From positions 864,001 through 928,000 of the forward strand of contig CAWDVR010000002.1 in the NCBI GenBank assembly GCA_963805975.1: DNA of 64,000 bases, read 5' to 3'. How positions within the stretch are numbered: the stretch's first letter is position 1; each line of letters opens with the position of its first letter. Positions 1 to 10,886 of the stretch are shown piece by piece. Source of the DNA: an uncultured Acidobacteriota bacterium. Lineage in GTDB: Bacteria > Acidobacteriota > Thermoanaerobaculia > Multivoradales > SZUA-115. A program made the translations under genes and the position numbers. The notes under the pieces are model-generated. The model was given only the letters and a program-made list of their open reading frames with translations. It ran no database searches and was not told the origin of the DNA.

Positions 1-571
1 CGATGGCGCCGCGGGCGAGCGTCGCGCGGTGGCAGGCGCGCAGGATCTCCGGCGTCAGGAGGGCGAGGCTCTCGGGGTCGCCCTGCAGGCGCCGGCCGCG
101 GGGATGGGGCGTGTAGAGCTGCTCCATGAAGCCCCAGGCGGTGCGCACCTCGGGCTGGTCGCCCATGCTCTCGAGCTCGGCCTCGGTCTGCCGCCGCAGC
201 CAGGTGCAGCGGTCCTCCGGAAAGGAGGGCTCGAGCGCCAGCTCGGCGGCCCACTCGAGAGCCAGCTCCCAGTCCGACGCCAGGGCGTCGACCGCGACGC
301 TCTCGGACTCGAAGGTCCCGGCGGTGGTCAGGATCATGCCCTTGGCCTCGAAGTCCTCGCCCAGGCGCCGCCAGTCGCGGCGCCGCGTGCCCTCGCCCAG
401 CATGCGGCCGGTGACGTAGGCCTCGCCGGGCAGGCGCTCGCGCCGCGCGCCGCCGGGCAGCACGACCCGTACGGCGACCACCGGCACGCCGGCCACGTGC
501 CGCGCGCGGATGGTGAGCGCGCTCGCGGGCCGCGCCTCGACGGCGGCCTCCGGGCTGATCACGGCGGTCAT
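1..571 (-). CDS. M16B family peptidase-like subunit (no HXXEH seen), runs off window edge
   Basis: Hand translation from ATG at 571: MTAVISPEAA...VPVVAVRVVLPGGARRERLPGEAYVTGRMLGEGTRRR...LELAAELALEPSFPED-like segment typical of M16 non-catalytic subunits. Its ATG overlaps the TGA of the upstream M16 gene (ATGA). Confidence 0.8.
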   Translation of the reverse strand, partial: MTAVISPEAAVEARPASALTIRARHVAGVPVVAVRVVLPGGARRERLPGEAYVTGRMLGEGTRRRDWRRLGEDFEAKGMILTTAGTFESESVAVDALASDWELALEWAAELALEPSFPEDRCTWLRRQTEAELESMGDQPEVRTAWGFMEQLYTPHPRGRRLQGDPESLALLTPEILRACHRATLARGAI

Positions 572-1932
572 GCGTCCCCGTCCTCACCGTCTCCCGAATC
601 GGTGGCCTCGGCTCCTTCGGAACCGCTTTCGCCGGGCAGCGACCAGCCGAGCACCGCGCCCTGCTCGGGGTCGAGATAGCGCGCCGCCGCCTCGGACACC
701 GCTTCGGCCGGCAGCGCCAGGAGGCGCGCGAGCTGTTGCTCCGGGTGCTCGAGATCGAAGAGCGTCAGGGCGGCGCCGGCCGCGAGCGCCTGCTGGTGCA
801 CGCGCTCGTGGCCGAACACCCAGTCCGCGACCAGGATCCGGCGGCCCCGTTCCAGCTCTTCGGCCGCGGGGGGCTCGCGCCGCACCCGGGCGAGCTCGGC
901 CATCAGCACCTCTTCCACCTGCCGTGGCTCGGCGCCCGCCACCAGCTCGGCGGCGACGCCGATGAAGCCCGGGTCCAGGTTCTCGGAGAGCTCGAACGAC
1001 ACCCAGGAGCAGAGCTGGCCCTCGTCCACCAGCGCGCGGTGCAGGCGGCTGGCGCGGCCACCGCCCAGAAGGCAGGCCAGCATCCGCGCCGCCGGGTGGT
1101 CCGCCGCGGTGCCGGCCGGCCCCGGCAGGGCGAGCAGCAGCCGCGCCACGTCGCCGTGCCGGCGCTCGATGCGCACCAGGCCGGGAAGCGGCGCCGGGGC
1201 TTCCGCCACGGGCCGCGCCGGCGGCGGGCCGCCGGGCAGGCCGCCGAAGGCCTTCTCCACCAGGTCGAGCGCCGGCTCTCCCACGTCGCCGGCCACCACC
1301 AGCACGGCGTTGGCCGGTGCATACCACTGCGCATGGAAGGCTCGCACCTCGTCGGGCCCGACGTTTCGGAGGTCGTCCCGCGTGCCGAGCACCGGCCGGC
1401 CGTAGGGGTGGCGCGAGAAGAGCGCCCGGTGCACGGCCATCTCGAGAGCGTCCCAGGGGTCGCCCTCGTACATCGAGATCTCCTCGAGCACCACCTGCCG
1501 CTCGCTCGCCACCTCCTTGGGGTCGAGCGTCAGGCCGGCCATGCGGTCTGCCTCGATGGCCAGCGCTTCTGCCCAGCGGTCGGGCGCGAAGTCGAAGTAG
1601 TAGGCCGTCATGTCGTGGCCGGTGAAGGCGTTGTTCGAGCCGCCCAAGGCCTGGGTGCGGCGGTCGATCTCCCCTGGGCCATAGCGCGCCGAGCCCTTGA
1701 ACATCAGGTGCTCGAGGAAATGCGCGATGCCGCCCTGGCCTGCCGCCTCGTCGCGAGTGCCGGCGCGGTAGAAAAGGGCGCTGGTGACGACCGGCGCGCG
1801 GCGGTTCTCCAGCCGGCAGACGGTGAGCCCGTTGGCGAGCGTACTGACGTGAGCCGTTCCCGGCAGCCGCGGCACGACGGCGGGCCGTGCCGCCTCAGCT
1901 CCGGTGAAAAGGCGCCGCGCGCTCGCTCGCAT
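568..1932 (-). CDS. M16B family zinc peptidase (pitrilysin/PqqL-like)
   Basis: Inverted zinc motif AHFLEHLMFKGS, NAFT, HPYGRPVLG, YAPANAVLVVAGD. Start moved to ATG at 1932 because the longer ORF overlaps the kinase gene. Confidence 0.9.
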   Translation of the reverse strand: MRASARRLFTGAEAARPAVVPRLPGTAHVSTLANGLTVCRLENRRAPVVTSALFYRAGTRDEAAGQGGIAHFLEHLMFKGSARYGPGEIDRRTQALGGSNNAFTGHDMTAYYFDFAPDRWAEALAIEADRMAGLTLDPKEVASERQVVLEEISMYEGDPWDALEMAVHRALFSRHPYGRPVLGTRDDLRNVGPDEVRAFHAQWYAPANAVLVVAGDVGEPALDLVEKAFGGLPGGPPPARPVAEAPAPLPGLVRIERRHGDVARLLLALPGPAGTAADHPAARMLACLLGGGRASRLHRALVDEGQLCSWVSFELSENLDPGFIGVAAELVAGAEPRQVEEVLMAELARVRREPPAAEELERGRRILVADWVFGHERVHQQALAAGAALTLFDLEHPEQQLARLLALPAEAVSEAAARYLDPEQGAVLGWSLPGESGSEGAEATDSGDGEDGDA

Positions 1933-1939
1933 GCGGGTG

Positions 1940-3999
<2,060 letters not shown>

Positions 4000-4003
<4 letters not shown>

Positions 4004-4242
4004 GGGGCGGACCGTGGATCGGGGTCTGATTCCCGCTCGGCGAGGAGGCGCCGGGCTTCCCCGGCCTCTTCGGCCGGCACCCGCACCCGCGCCTCGCCCA
4101 GACGACCGAAGGTGGCCGGCTCCTGGTGAAAGACCAGAGACTCGACCTCGGCCGCCAGACCCTGCGCCTGGAGGTAGCCCGCGATCAACGCCGCCTCCTC
4201 ATCCGTACCCACCACCGCGACGATTTCCCAGGTGTCACTCAT
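4000..4242 (-). CDS. DUF2007 family putative signal-transducing small protein
   Basis: WEIVAVVGTDEEAALIAGYLQAQGL...RVRVPAEEAGEARRLL pattern. Confidence 0.75.
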
Positions 4243-4294
4243 CGCCCGAGATGATACCCCAGAGGCTCCGAGCATCGGCTCCCCCGAGCCGACC

Positions 4295-4324
4295 TTGATT
4301 GTGGAACTTCATGTGGAGTAGGTT
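4295..4324 (+). promoter_or_regulatory. sigma70-like promoter of the RHH-MazF operon with TGTGGA direct repeats
   Basis: TTGATT (4295-4300), 18 bp spacer, TAGGTT (4319-4324). TGTGGA occurs at 4300 and 4312, a plausible RHH operator. ATG lies 7 nt downstream, so the mRNA may be leaderless. Confidence 0.5.
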
Positions 4325-4331
4325 CGTCACC

Positions 4332-4565
4332 ATGCAGACGATTCAGGTGGTCATCGACGAAGAGCTCCTGGAAGCTGCGGATCGCCACGCGCGGCGGGCA
4401 AAGGTCAACCGCTCTGCGTTGCTGCGGGAGGCTCTCAGAGGCTACCTCAAGCAGCAGGAGGCAAGAGAGAAGGAGCGGCGGGACCGTGCGGGGTACGAGC
4501 GCCATCCCGACATCGAAGCCGAGTTCTCCGGCTGGGAGAGGGTGGCCGTATGGCCCGAGGAATAG
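4332..4565 (+). CDS. Ribbon-helix-helix antitoxin (CopG/MazE-type)
   Basis: MQTIQVVIDEELLEAADRHARRAKVNRSALLREAL RHH pattern; overlaps the toxin start. Confidence 0.85.
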   Translation: MQTIQVVIDEELLEAADRHARRAKVNRSALLREALRGYLKQQEAREKERRDRAGYERHPDIEAEFSGWERVAVWPEE

Positions 4566-4882
4566 AGCGCGGTGAGGTCCGGCTGTGCAGCTTTCCCACG
4601 CCGGACAAGGCGCGACCCGTCCTGGTGCTGACCCGAGGCTCCGCGGTCCGCTATTTGTCGCGGGTGACTGTCGCCCCCATCACTTCGAGTATCCGCGGCG
4701 TACCGTCCGAAGTGATCCTCGACGTCGCGGACGGGATGAAGCAGCGCTGCGCTGCCAATCTCCACAACTTGGTGACTGTGGCACAGGAGAGCCTGGGTGG
4801 CCGCCTGGCGCAGGTGCCCGCGGACCGCATGCGGGAGGCTTGTGCTGCCCTCGCCTTTGCGCTGGGCTGCGACGGCGACTGA
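4550..4882 (+). CDS. mazF: PemK/MazF family endoribonuclease toxin
   Basis: RGEV...DKARPVLVLTR...VTVAPITSSIRG...NLHNLVTV PemK signature. Confidence 0.9.
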   Translation: MARGIERGEVRLCSFPTPDKARPVLVLTRGSAVRYLSRVTVAPITSSIRGVPSEVILDVADGMKQRCAANLHNLVTVAQESLGGRLAQVPADRMREACAALAFALGCDGD

Positions 4883-4898
4883 GCCGCCGCTTCGAATC

Positions 4899-5705
4899 TC
4901 AGCCCCGCCCGTGGCTCCCGGCCTCGCCGAAGACCCACTTTCCCGCGTCCCACTCGAGCTCGCTCACGGCGAAGCCCTCTTCCCGCACCTCGATCCACCA
5001 GGCGCCGTTGACTTTCGGGCCGTGGCTGCGGAAGCGGCTCGAGGTGCTGGTGCCGGAGTGGAGGATGAGGACGGGCGGGCCGGTGCCGGGGAAGAACTGC
5101 CGGGAGCCGGCCTGGTAGGAGACGTGGGCGTGGCCGGAAAGGATGAGCTGCGCCCCGGCCGCCGCAAGGGCACTCACCACCTCCGCGGCGTTGCCGACCG
5201 GCCGATAGCTCCCGAACTCGGGCGGGTCGATCAGATTGTGGTGCGCGACCACGATCTTGAAGAGCCGCGCCGGGGCCTCCCGAAGCCGGGCCACGGCCCG
5301 CTCGAGCTGCGTACGGGTAATGCGGCCGTCGCGGACGGTCCAGTGGAAGGCGGTGTTGACGCCCACGACCAGCAGCTCCTCGTCGCGGAAGACGGGCTCG
5401 AGATCGGCGTCGAAGTGCCGGCGATAGGCGCGCAGGGGAGCGAGAAAGCGCTCCAGGAACGCCCAGCGATACATGGGCACGTCGTGGTTGCCGGGAACGG
5501 CGAGCACCGGCACCGGCAGGCTGTCCAGCCACTGCCGCGCCTCCCGGAACTGCCGGGCCTTGGCGCGCTGGGTGAGATCGCCGGAGACGACCACCAGGTC
5601 CGGCTTGCGTTCGACGATCAGCTCGGCAACGCCCCGCGCCGCCGCCGGCAGATGCGGCGGCCCGAAATGGACGTCCGAGATGTGGAGGATGTGGCGTGGG
5701 CTCAG
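4899..5705 (-). CDS. Calcineurin-like metallophosphoesterase (CpdA/Icc-like)
   Basis: Motifs ILHISDVHFG, SGDLT, VPGNHD, AHH, SGHAH. The first motif lies upstream of the ORF-track start at 5594, so a CTG start at 5705 is inferred. Confidence 0.85.
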   Translation of the reverse strand: MSPRHILHISDVHFGPPHLPAAARGVAELIVERKPDLVVVSGDLTQRAKARQFREARQWLDSLPVPVLAVPGNHDVPMYRWAFLERFLAPLRAYRRHFDADLEPVFRDEELLVVGVNTAFHWTVRDGRITRTQLERAVARLREAPARLFKIVVAHHNLIDPPEFGSYRPVGNAAEVVSALAAAGAQLILSGHAHVSYQAGSRQFFPGTGPPVLILHSGTSTSSRFRSHGPKVNGAWWIEVREEGFAVSELEWDAGKWVFGEAGSHGRG

Positions 5706-5953
5706 AGGACTTCGTCACCCAGGAGCTGGTTGACCTGACGGGTGATCTGCGCCGCGGCGAAGGTCGAGAGCACTTTCATCACCCAATCCCCCTTGGCGCG
5801 GCCCAAGGCGAAGCCGCCGAGCGCGGCGAGCAGCACGGCCGGGATGGGATGGGCCCGCACCAGCTCCTGCCAGTCGAAGTTCTCCGGCAGCAGGTTGCCC
5901 AGCAAACCGCCGTCCGCGTCGTCTCTGTCCTCGGTCGCAGCATCCTCGGTCAC
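5702..5953 (-). CDS. Small membrane-anchored protein, DUF883/ElaB C-terminus-like
   Basis: VRAHPIPAVLLAALGGFALG segment; RBS GAGGAG upstream. Confidence 0.65.
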   Translation of the reverse strand: MTEDAATEDRDDADGGLLGNLLPENFDWQELVRAHPIPAVLLAALGGFALGRAKGDWVMKVLSTFAAAQITRQVNQLLGDEVL

Positions 5954-5981
5954 GGCAATCTCCTCAGCATTCTCTAGAGGT

Positions 5982-6006
5982 GACCGGGGAGCGAGGCTCC
6001 CCGGTC
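5982..6006 (-). terminator. GC-rich hairpin downstream of the DUF883 gene
   Basis: GACCGGGGAGC-GAG-GCTCCCCGGTC, a perfect 11 bp stem with no clear U tract. Confidence 0.45.
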
Positions 6007-6048
6007 TCGAGCAATCGGACCCTCGAGCGATCGGATCAGAGCCCGTGG

Positions 6049-6432
6049 CTAGTCGTCGTCATTGCCGCGGCGGCGCAGCAAGAGGCCGATCGCGAAGCCC
6101 ACCGAGGCGGCGATCAGGACCGACTTGCCGGGGTTGTCGCGCACGTAGTTGGTGGCGTCGTCCACCAGGCCGTCGAAGTCCTTCTTCACCTTCGAGTAGC
6201 CGCTCTTCAACGAATCGGTGGTGTCGCGGTAGCGCTGGCGAGCCTTCTCGGAGGCGCGCTCGGCGCTCCGGCGCAGGCTCTCGGAGAGCCGCTCGTAGCG
6301 ATCGCTGACCTCTTCACCCACTTCCTCGAGCTTCTCGCGGGTGCTCTCCAAGCCTTCCTTCGCCTTGTCGATCACATCGCCCGCCGCCTCCTTGGCGCGA
6401 TCGAAGGGATCGGTGAGGGTCTCTTTGGCCAT
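6049..6432 (-). CDS. DUF883/ElaB/YqjD family tail-anchored protein
   Basis: Charged helical body, then YVRDNPGKSVLIAASVGFAIGLLLRRR. RBS GAGGAGG before ATG 6432. Confidence 0.85.
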   Translation of the reverse strand: MAKETLTDPFDRAKEAAGDVIDKAKEGLESTREKLEEVGEEVSDRYERLSESLRRSAERASEKARQRYRDTTDSLKSGYSKVKKDFDGLVDDATNYVRDNPGKSVLIAASVGFAIGLLLRRRGNDDD

Positions 6433-6610
6433 CTGCTTTGCCTCCTCGTCCAGCCCGGCCCGCTGTGGCCAGCGCTCAGAACCAATGTCAGAACCAAAAT
6501 GGTTGAAGCCTGCTCCTCGACGCGTGCGAGGCGCCTTTACTGTAGCGCAGAGAGGCGCATCGGCCAATGGGCGCCTCCGACCTGCGTGCTATGCTTTCCG
6601 GCCTCGAGCC

Positions 6611-8005
6611 ATGGCGACTGTCACCTTCCTCGGAGCTTGCGGCGTCGTCACCGGCAGCTCGACCCTGCTCGAGTGGGGCGAGACGCGCGTCCTCGTCGAC
6701 TGCGGCTTCTACCAGGGCGACGACGAGCTCGAGCAGCGCAACTGGCAACCTTTTCCCTACCAGCCGTCGGCGATCGACGCCGTCATCCTGACCCACGCCC
6801 ACCTCGATCACAGCGGCCTCCTGCCGCGGCTCGTGGCGCAGGGTTTCCATGGGCCGATCTTCGTGGCGCGCGGCGGCCGGCCGCTGGTGCCGCTGGTGCT
6901 CGAGGACTCGGGCGAGATCCAGGAAGAGCAGGCCCGCTACGCCCGGCGCCAGGGCTACAGCCGGCACCCGGTCCCGGCGCCGCTCTACACGCGGGAGAAC
7001 GCCCTCGCCGCCATCCGCCTGCTCGAGGCCCGGCCCTTCGACGAGGACATCGAGATCGCCCCCGGCATCCGGCTCCGCTTCACCCGCGCCGGCCATCTGC
7101 TGGGCGCCGCCTCGGTCGAGGTCACCGCCAAGGCCGGCGACGGGGAGCGCCGCACCTGGTGCTTCTCGGGCGACGTCGGCCGCTACGGCGTGCCGATCCT
7201 CAAGGACCCCGAGCCACCGCCCGGCGAGCACTCGGCCCTGCTCCTCGAATCGACCTACGGCGACCGCCACCACCAGGAGAACGACTCGACCGAGCTCCTG
7301 GGCGGCATCATCGCCGACACCTTCGCACGCGGCGGCACGGTGATCATCCCCGCCTTCGCGCTCGGCCGCACGCAGGAGGTGCTCTACCACCTGCGGGCGC
7401 TGGCCGAGGCCGGCAAGATCGACCCCCGGGACGTGTTCATCGACAGCCCGATGGCGATCGACGCCACCGAGATCTACGAGCGGGCGCGCTCCGAGCACGA
7501 CGAGGATCTGGCCGAGCTGGTGGCCCGGCACGCGAGCCCGCTCGACCGCGCGCTGTTCCAGCGCTGCCGGAGGGTCGAGGAGTCGAAGGCCCTGAACATG
7601 CGCCGCGAGCCGGCGGTGATCGTCGCCGCGAGCGGCATGGCGAACGCCGGCCGCGTGGTGCATCACCTGCTCCACCGCCTGGGCGACCCGGCGAGCGCCG
7701 TGGTGTTCTCCGGCTTCCAGGCCGCCGGCACCCGCGGCCGGGCGCTCATCGACGGCGCCACCTCGGTGGGCATCCACGGCCGGCACGTGGAGGTGCGGGC
7801 CAGGATCCACGGCTTGACCGGGCTCTCGGCGCACGCCGATCAGGGGGAGCTCCTGCGCTGGTGCCGGGCGCTCGCCAGGCCGCCCCAGCGGATCTTCCTG
7901 AACCACGGCGAGGACCCGGCGCGCAAGGCGCTGGCGGCGGTGATCGCCGAGCTGGGCTGGCCGCGGCCGGAGCTGCCGCTCTCGGGCACCACGGTCCCCT
8001 GGTAG
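6611..8005 (+). CDS. MBL-fold beta-CASP ribonuclease (Ysh1/TTHA0252-like)
   Basis: FLGACGVVTGS, LTHAHLDHSG, AGHLLG, FSGDVG, ESTYG, SAHAD, NHGE. Confidence 0.92.
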   Translation: MATVTFLGACGVVTGSSTLLEWGETRVLVDCGFYQGDDELEQRNWQPFPYQPSAIDAVILTHAHLDHSGLLPRLVAQGFHGPIFVARGGRPLVPLVLEDSGEIQEEQARYARRQGYSRHPVPAPLYTRENALAAIRLLEARPFDEDIEIAPGIRLRFTRAGHLLGAASVEVTAKAGDGERRTWCFSGDVGRYGVPILKDPEPPPGEHSALLLESTYGDRHHQENDSTELLGGIIADTFARGGTVIIPAFALGRTQEVLYHLRALAEAGKIDPRDVFIDSPMAIDATEIYERARSEHDEDLAELVARHASPLDRALFQRCRRVEESKALNMRREPAVIVAASGMANAGRVVHHLLHRLGDPASAVVFSGFQAAGTRGRALIDGATSVGIHGRHVEVRARIHGLTGLSAHADQGELLRWCRALARPPQRIFLNHGEDPARKALAAVIAELGWPRPELPLSGTTVPW

Positions 8006-8010
8006 CTACC

Positions 8011-9876
8011 TCACGGCTGGAGATCCGTCGGGAACAGCAGCCGCAGCGGCCGGGTGCCCGCTGCGGGCGGCACCCCGGTCTCCAGGGCCCGGGGCAGATC
8101 GATCGAGAAGGCGGCGCCGCGGCCGAGGTCGGACTCGCAGGTCACGGTCCCCCCCATCCCTTCCACCAACCGCTTGACGATCGACAGGCCCAGCCCGGAG
8201 CCGCCGGTCACCCGCGAGGTGGCGGGCGTCATCTGCGAGAACTGATCGAACAGCCGGTGGTGCAGCTCGGACGGGATGCCCGGCCCCTGGTCGCGCACCG
8301 ACACGGTCACCCGGCCGTCGTGGCTCCCGGCGGCCACCGCCACCTCGCCGCCCTCGGGCGAGAACTTGATGGCGTTCGATAGCAGGTTGCCGAGCACCTG
8401 GAGGAGGCGCGCCTCGTCCGCCATCACGCGCAGGCCCGGCTCGATCACGGCCAGGGTCAGGAACACGGGCCGGGTGTCGGCGAAAGCCTGCATCCCCCGG
8501 ACCGCCTCCTCGACGACGGAAGCGACAGGCAGCGGCCGGAGGTCGAACCGCATCTTGCCCACCGCCAGCCGCTGCAGGTCGAGGAGGTCGTTGATCAACT
8601 GCAGCAGCCGCTGGCTGTTCCGGTGGGCCACGGCCAGCAGCTCGCGGGCCCGCTCCTCCCCGCCCGGTAGCCGACCTCCCTCGAGCAGGCCCAAGGCGGC
8701 GATGATCGAGGTCAGCGGCGTGCGCAGCTCGTGGCCGAGGGTGGAGATGAACTCGCTCTTCATGCGATCGATCCGCAGCCGCTCCGAGATGTCGCGGAAG
8801 ATGCCGAGCGTGCCGGCGGGCCGGCCGGCCTCGAGCCGCGGGGTGAGGCTGCCCTCGACCGCGATCTCGGCGCCCGACTGGGTCACCAGCGCGACCTCGA
8901 TCCGGCTCAGCTCCTCTCCCGCCTGGGTGCGGCGCAGGGCGTCCTCGCAGTAGGCGTGAAAACGGGGATGGATCACGTCCCACACCTCGAGCTGCTCCAC
9001 CTCGTGGGCGCGGTAGCCCAGGGCCTCGCGCCAGGCGCGGTTGACGAACTCGAAGCGGCCAGCCGGCGTGACGCTCTGGATCAGGTCGTTGGCGCTGTCG
9101 AGAAGCGCGTGGTACTTGGCCTCGCTCTCGGCGAGCGCCCGGCTGTTGAGCGCCAGGATCTGGCCCGTCTGCTCGATCTGCCGGCTGAGCTGAACCTGCA
9201 CCGTCTTGCCTTGCCGCAGGCTCGCCAGATAGCCGAGCAGGAGACCACCCAAGAGCGTGGCGTAGGCAAGGAGCCTCTGGCCCTGCGCCAGGACGGCCGC
9301 GGCATCGATCGCCTGCGAGCTCACCCAGCTCTCCAGCCGGGCCAGGGCCTGGGGCACCGACGAGAGGACGACCCCTAAGCCCAGGAAGGTCCGGGCGCCT
9401 TTCTGCAGCGTCCACCAGCCGAAAGCCGCGGTCACGGCGAGCAGCAGCCAGGCTCCGAGATCTGGGTGCGTGCTCGGGCGGGCCAGGGCGGCAGCCCCGT
9501 CCGTCGAGATCGAGCGCCCCCAGGCGATCCCAAGGCGATAGAGGTCGAAGCTCGAGACCACTGCCATCGCGGAGCCCAAGGCCAGCGCTTCCCGGTCCCG
9601 TCCGAGCAGTCCCCGTCCCCCCGCCAACAGGGTGATCACCAGAGCCAGGAGAGTGATCGCGGTCTCGGTCTGGACCTCGAAGGCGAGGGCGGCGTGCGGG
9701 TTGCCCTCGAGGAGCCGCGCCAACCCCTCGGCGCTCCAGCTCTCCCCTCGCGGCCCGCTGAGGAGGTGGCCGGCGAGGGACAGCCCGAACGCCAGCGCCA
9801 GCACCGCGACCACGAAGGCGGCGCGCGCCCGGTGCTCGGTCCGCGGCACACCCCACCGGCCGGCGCCCGCGTTCAT
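8011..9876 (-). CDS. Membrane-bound PAS sensor histidine kinase
   Basis: Multi-TM N-terminus, PAS domain, GHELRTPL H-box, NLLSNAIKFS, DQGPGI, GSGLGL. Confidence 0.92.
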   Translation of the reverse strand: MNAGAGRWGVPRTEHRARAAFVVAVLALAFGLSLAGHLLSGPRGESWSAEGLARLLEGNPHAALAFEVQTETAITLLALVITLLAGGRGLLGRDREALALGSAMAVVSSFDLYRLGIAWGRSISTDGAAALARPSTHPDLGAWLLLAVTAAFGWWTLQKGARTFLGLGVVLSSVPQALARLESWVSSQAIDAAAVLAQGQRLLAYATLLGGLLLGYLASLRQGKTVQVQLSRQIEQTGQILALNSRALAESEAKYHALLDSANDLIQSVTPAGRFEFVNRAWREALGYRAHEVEQLEVWDVIHPRFHAYCEDALRRTQAGEELSRIEVALVTQSGAEIAVEGSLTPRLEAGRPAGTLGIFRDISERLRIDRMKSEFISTLGHELRTPLTSIIAALGLLEGGRLPGGEERARELLAVAHRNSQRLLQLINDLLDLQRLAVGKMRFDLRPLPVASVVEEAVRGMQAFADTRPVFLTLAVIEPGLRVMADEARLLQVLGNLLSNAIKFSPEGGEVAVAAGSHDGRVTVSVRDQGPGIPSELHHRLFDQFSQMTPATSRVTGGSGLGLSIVKRLVEGMGGTVTCESDLGRGAAFSIDLPRALETGVPPAAGTRPLRLLFPTDLQP

Positions 9877-9940
9877 GGCCGGGAGCGCGGCGGGTCGGGC
9901 ATGCAGGTAAACATCAATGTCAAGGTTAGTATAAGTAGCC

Positions 9941-10657
9941 GTGGAGCCCGCGCTCGAGACCGTGACGGTCCTGGTGGTGGACGACGACGCGGATGTGCGC
10001 CGGCTCGTCGGCTACACCTTGGAGCTCGAGGGCTTCGCGGTCGCCTCCGTGGCCTCCGCGCAGGAAGCGCTCGCCTGGATCGATCAGCACGGGCTCCCCC
10101 ACCTCGCGGTGGTCGACATCGTGATGCCCGGCGCCAGCGGGCTCGACTTCTGCCGCGCCGTGCAGCGCTTCAGCGACCTGCCGGTGATCCTCCTCACTGC
10201 CGTCCACGACGACGAGACCGTCATCCGCTCGATCGACGAGCTGGCCGAGGACTACGTCAAGAAGCCCTTCAACCCGCGCGAGCTCGCGGCGCGGGTCAAG
10301 CGCGTGCTGCGCCGGATCGGCGACTTCGCCTTTGCCGCGGCGCCCATCACCCGGATCGACCCCGGCCTCGCCATCGATTTCGCCCACCAGACGGCGCTGG
10401 TCGAGGATCGCCCCGTGCCGCTGACGCCGATCGAGGCGAAGCTGCTGCACATCCTGTCCCGCAGCGCTCGCCGCACCGTGCGCACCGACTATCTGCTGCG
10501 CCGGGTCTGGCCGCTCGAGGAGGTGTTCGAGGACACGCTCCGCGTCCACATCCACCGCCTGCGCCAGAAGATCGAGCCCGTGCCGGCCGAGCCCAAGTAC
10601 CTGATCACGCAGCGCGGCATGGGCTACTCGTTCCTGCCCGTCTCGCCGGCTTCCTGA
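9941..10657 (+). CDS. OmpR/PhoB family response regulator
   Basis: VVDDD, DIVMP, KKPF receiver; LTPIEAKLL...VHIHRLRQKIE...RGMGY winged helix. Confidence 0.93.
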   Translation: MEPALETVTVLVVDDDADVRRLVGYTLELEGFAVASVASAQEALAWIDQHGLPHLAVVDIVMPGASGLDFCRAVQRFSDLPVILLTAVHDDETVIRSIDELAEDYVKKPFNPRELAARVKRVLRRIGDFAFAAAPITRIDPGLAIDFAHQTALVEDRPVPLTPIEAKLLHILSRSARRTVRTDYLLRRVWPLEEVFEDTLRVHIHRLRQKIEPVPAEPKYLITQRGMGYSFLPVSPAS

Positions 10658-10666
10658 GGCCTCCCC

Positions 10667-10695
10667 TTGTAGCCCACCGAAACCGCGGGTAGAAT
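10667..10695 (+). promoter_or_regulatory. sigma70 promoter of tRNA-Ala
   Basis: TTGTAG, 17 bp spacer, TAGAAT. Confidence 0.7.
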
Positions 10696-10713
10696 TCGCC
10701 TCCCGCTTTTCGT

Positions 10714-10789
10714 GGGGCAGTAGCTCAGCTGGGAGAGCACCACGTTCGCAACGTGGGGGTCGAGGGTTCGAATCCCTTCTGCTCCACCA
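10714..10789 (+). tRNA. tRNA-Ala (anticodon CGC)
   Basis: Acceptor stem GGGGCAG/CTGCTCC with G3:U70, D arm TAGCTCAGCTGGGAGAGC, anticodon arm CCACG-TTCGCAA-CGTGG, T arm GGTTCGAATCC, encoded CCA; 76 nt. Confidence 0.97.
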
Positions 10790-10842
10790 TTTCCGACCTC
10801 ACTCTGCTGCAAGGCGCTGGCGCCCGCGCGCCGCACCGTTGG

Positions 10843-10858
10843 TGGCACCTCCATTGCA
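10843..10858 (+). promoter_or_regulatory. sigma54 (-24/-12) promoter upstream of katE
   Basis: TGGCAC-CTCCA-TTGCA matches TGGCAC-N5-TTGC; ends 28 nt before ATG 10887. Confidence 0.7.
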
Positions 10859-10886
10859 CTGTGTGTCTCGCAATGGAAGATCCGGC

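Noticed and set aside
10770-10789. Prophage or ICE attachment site at tRNA-Ala
   Set aside because: No integrase and no second copy of the tRNA 3' end found by eye in the window.
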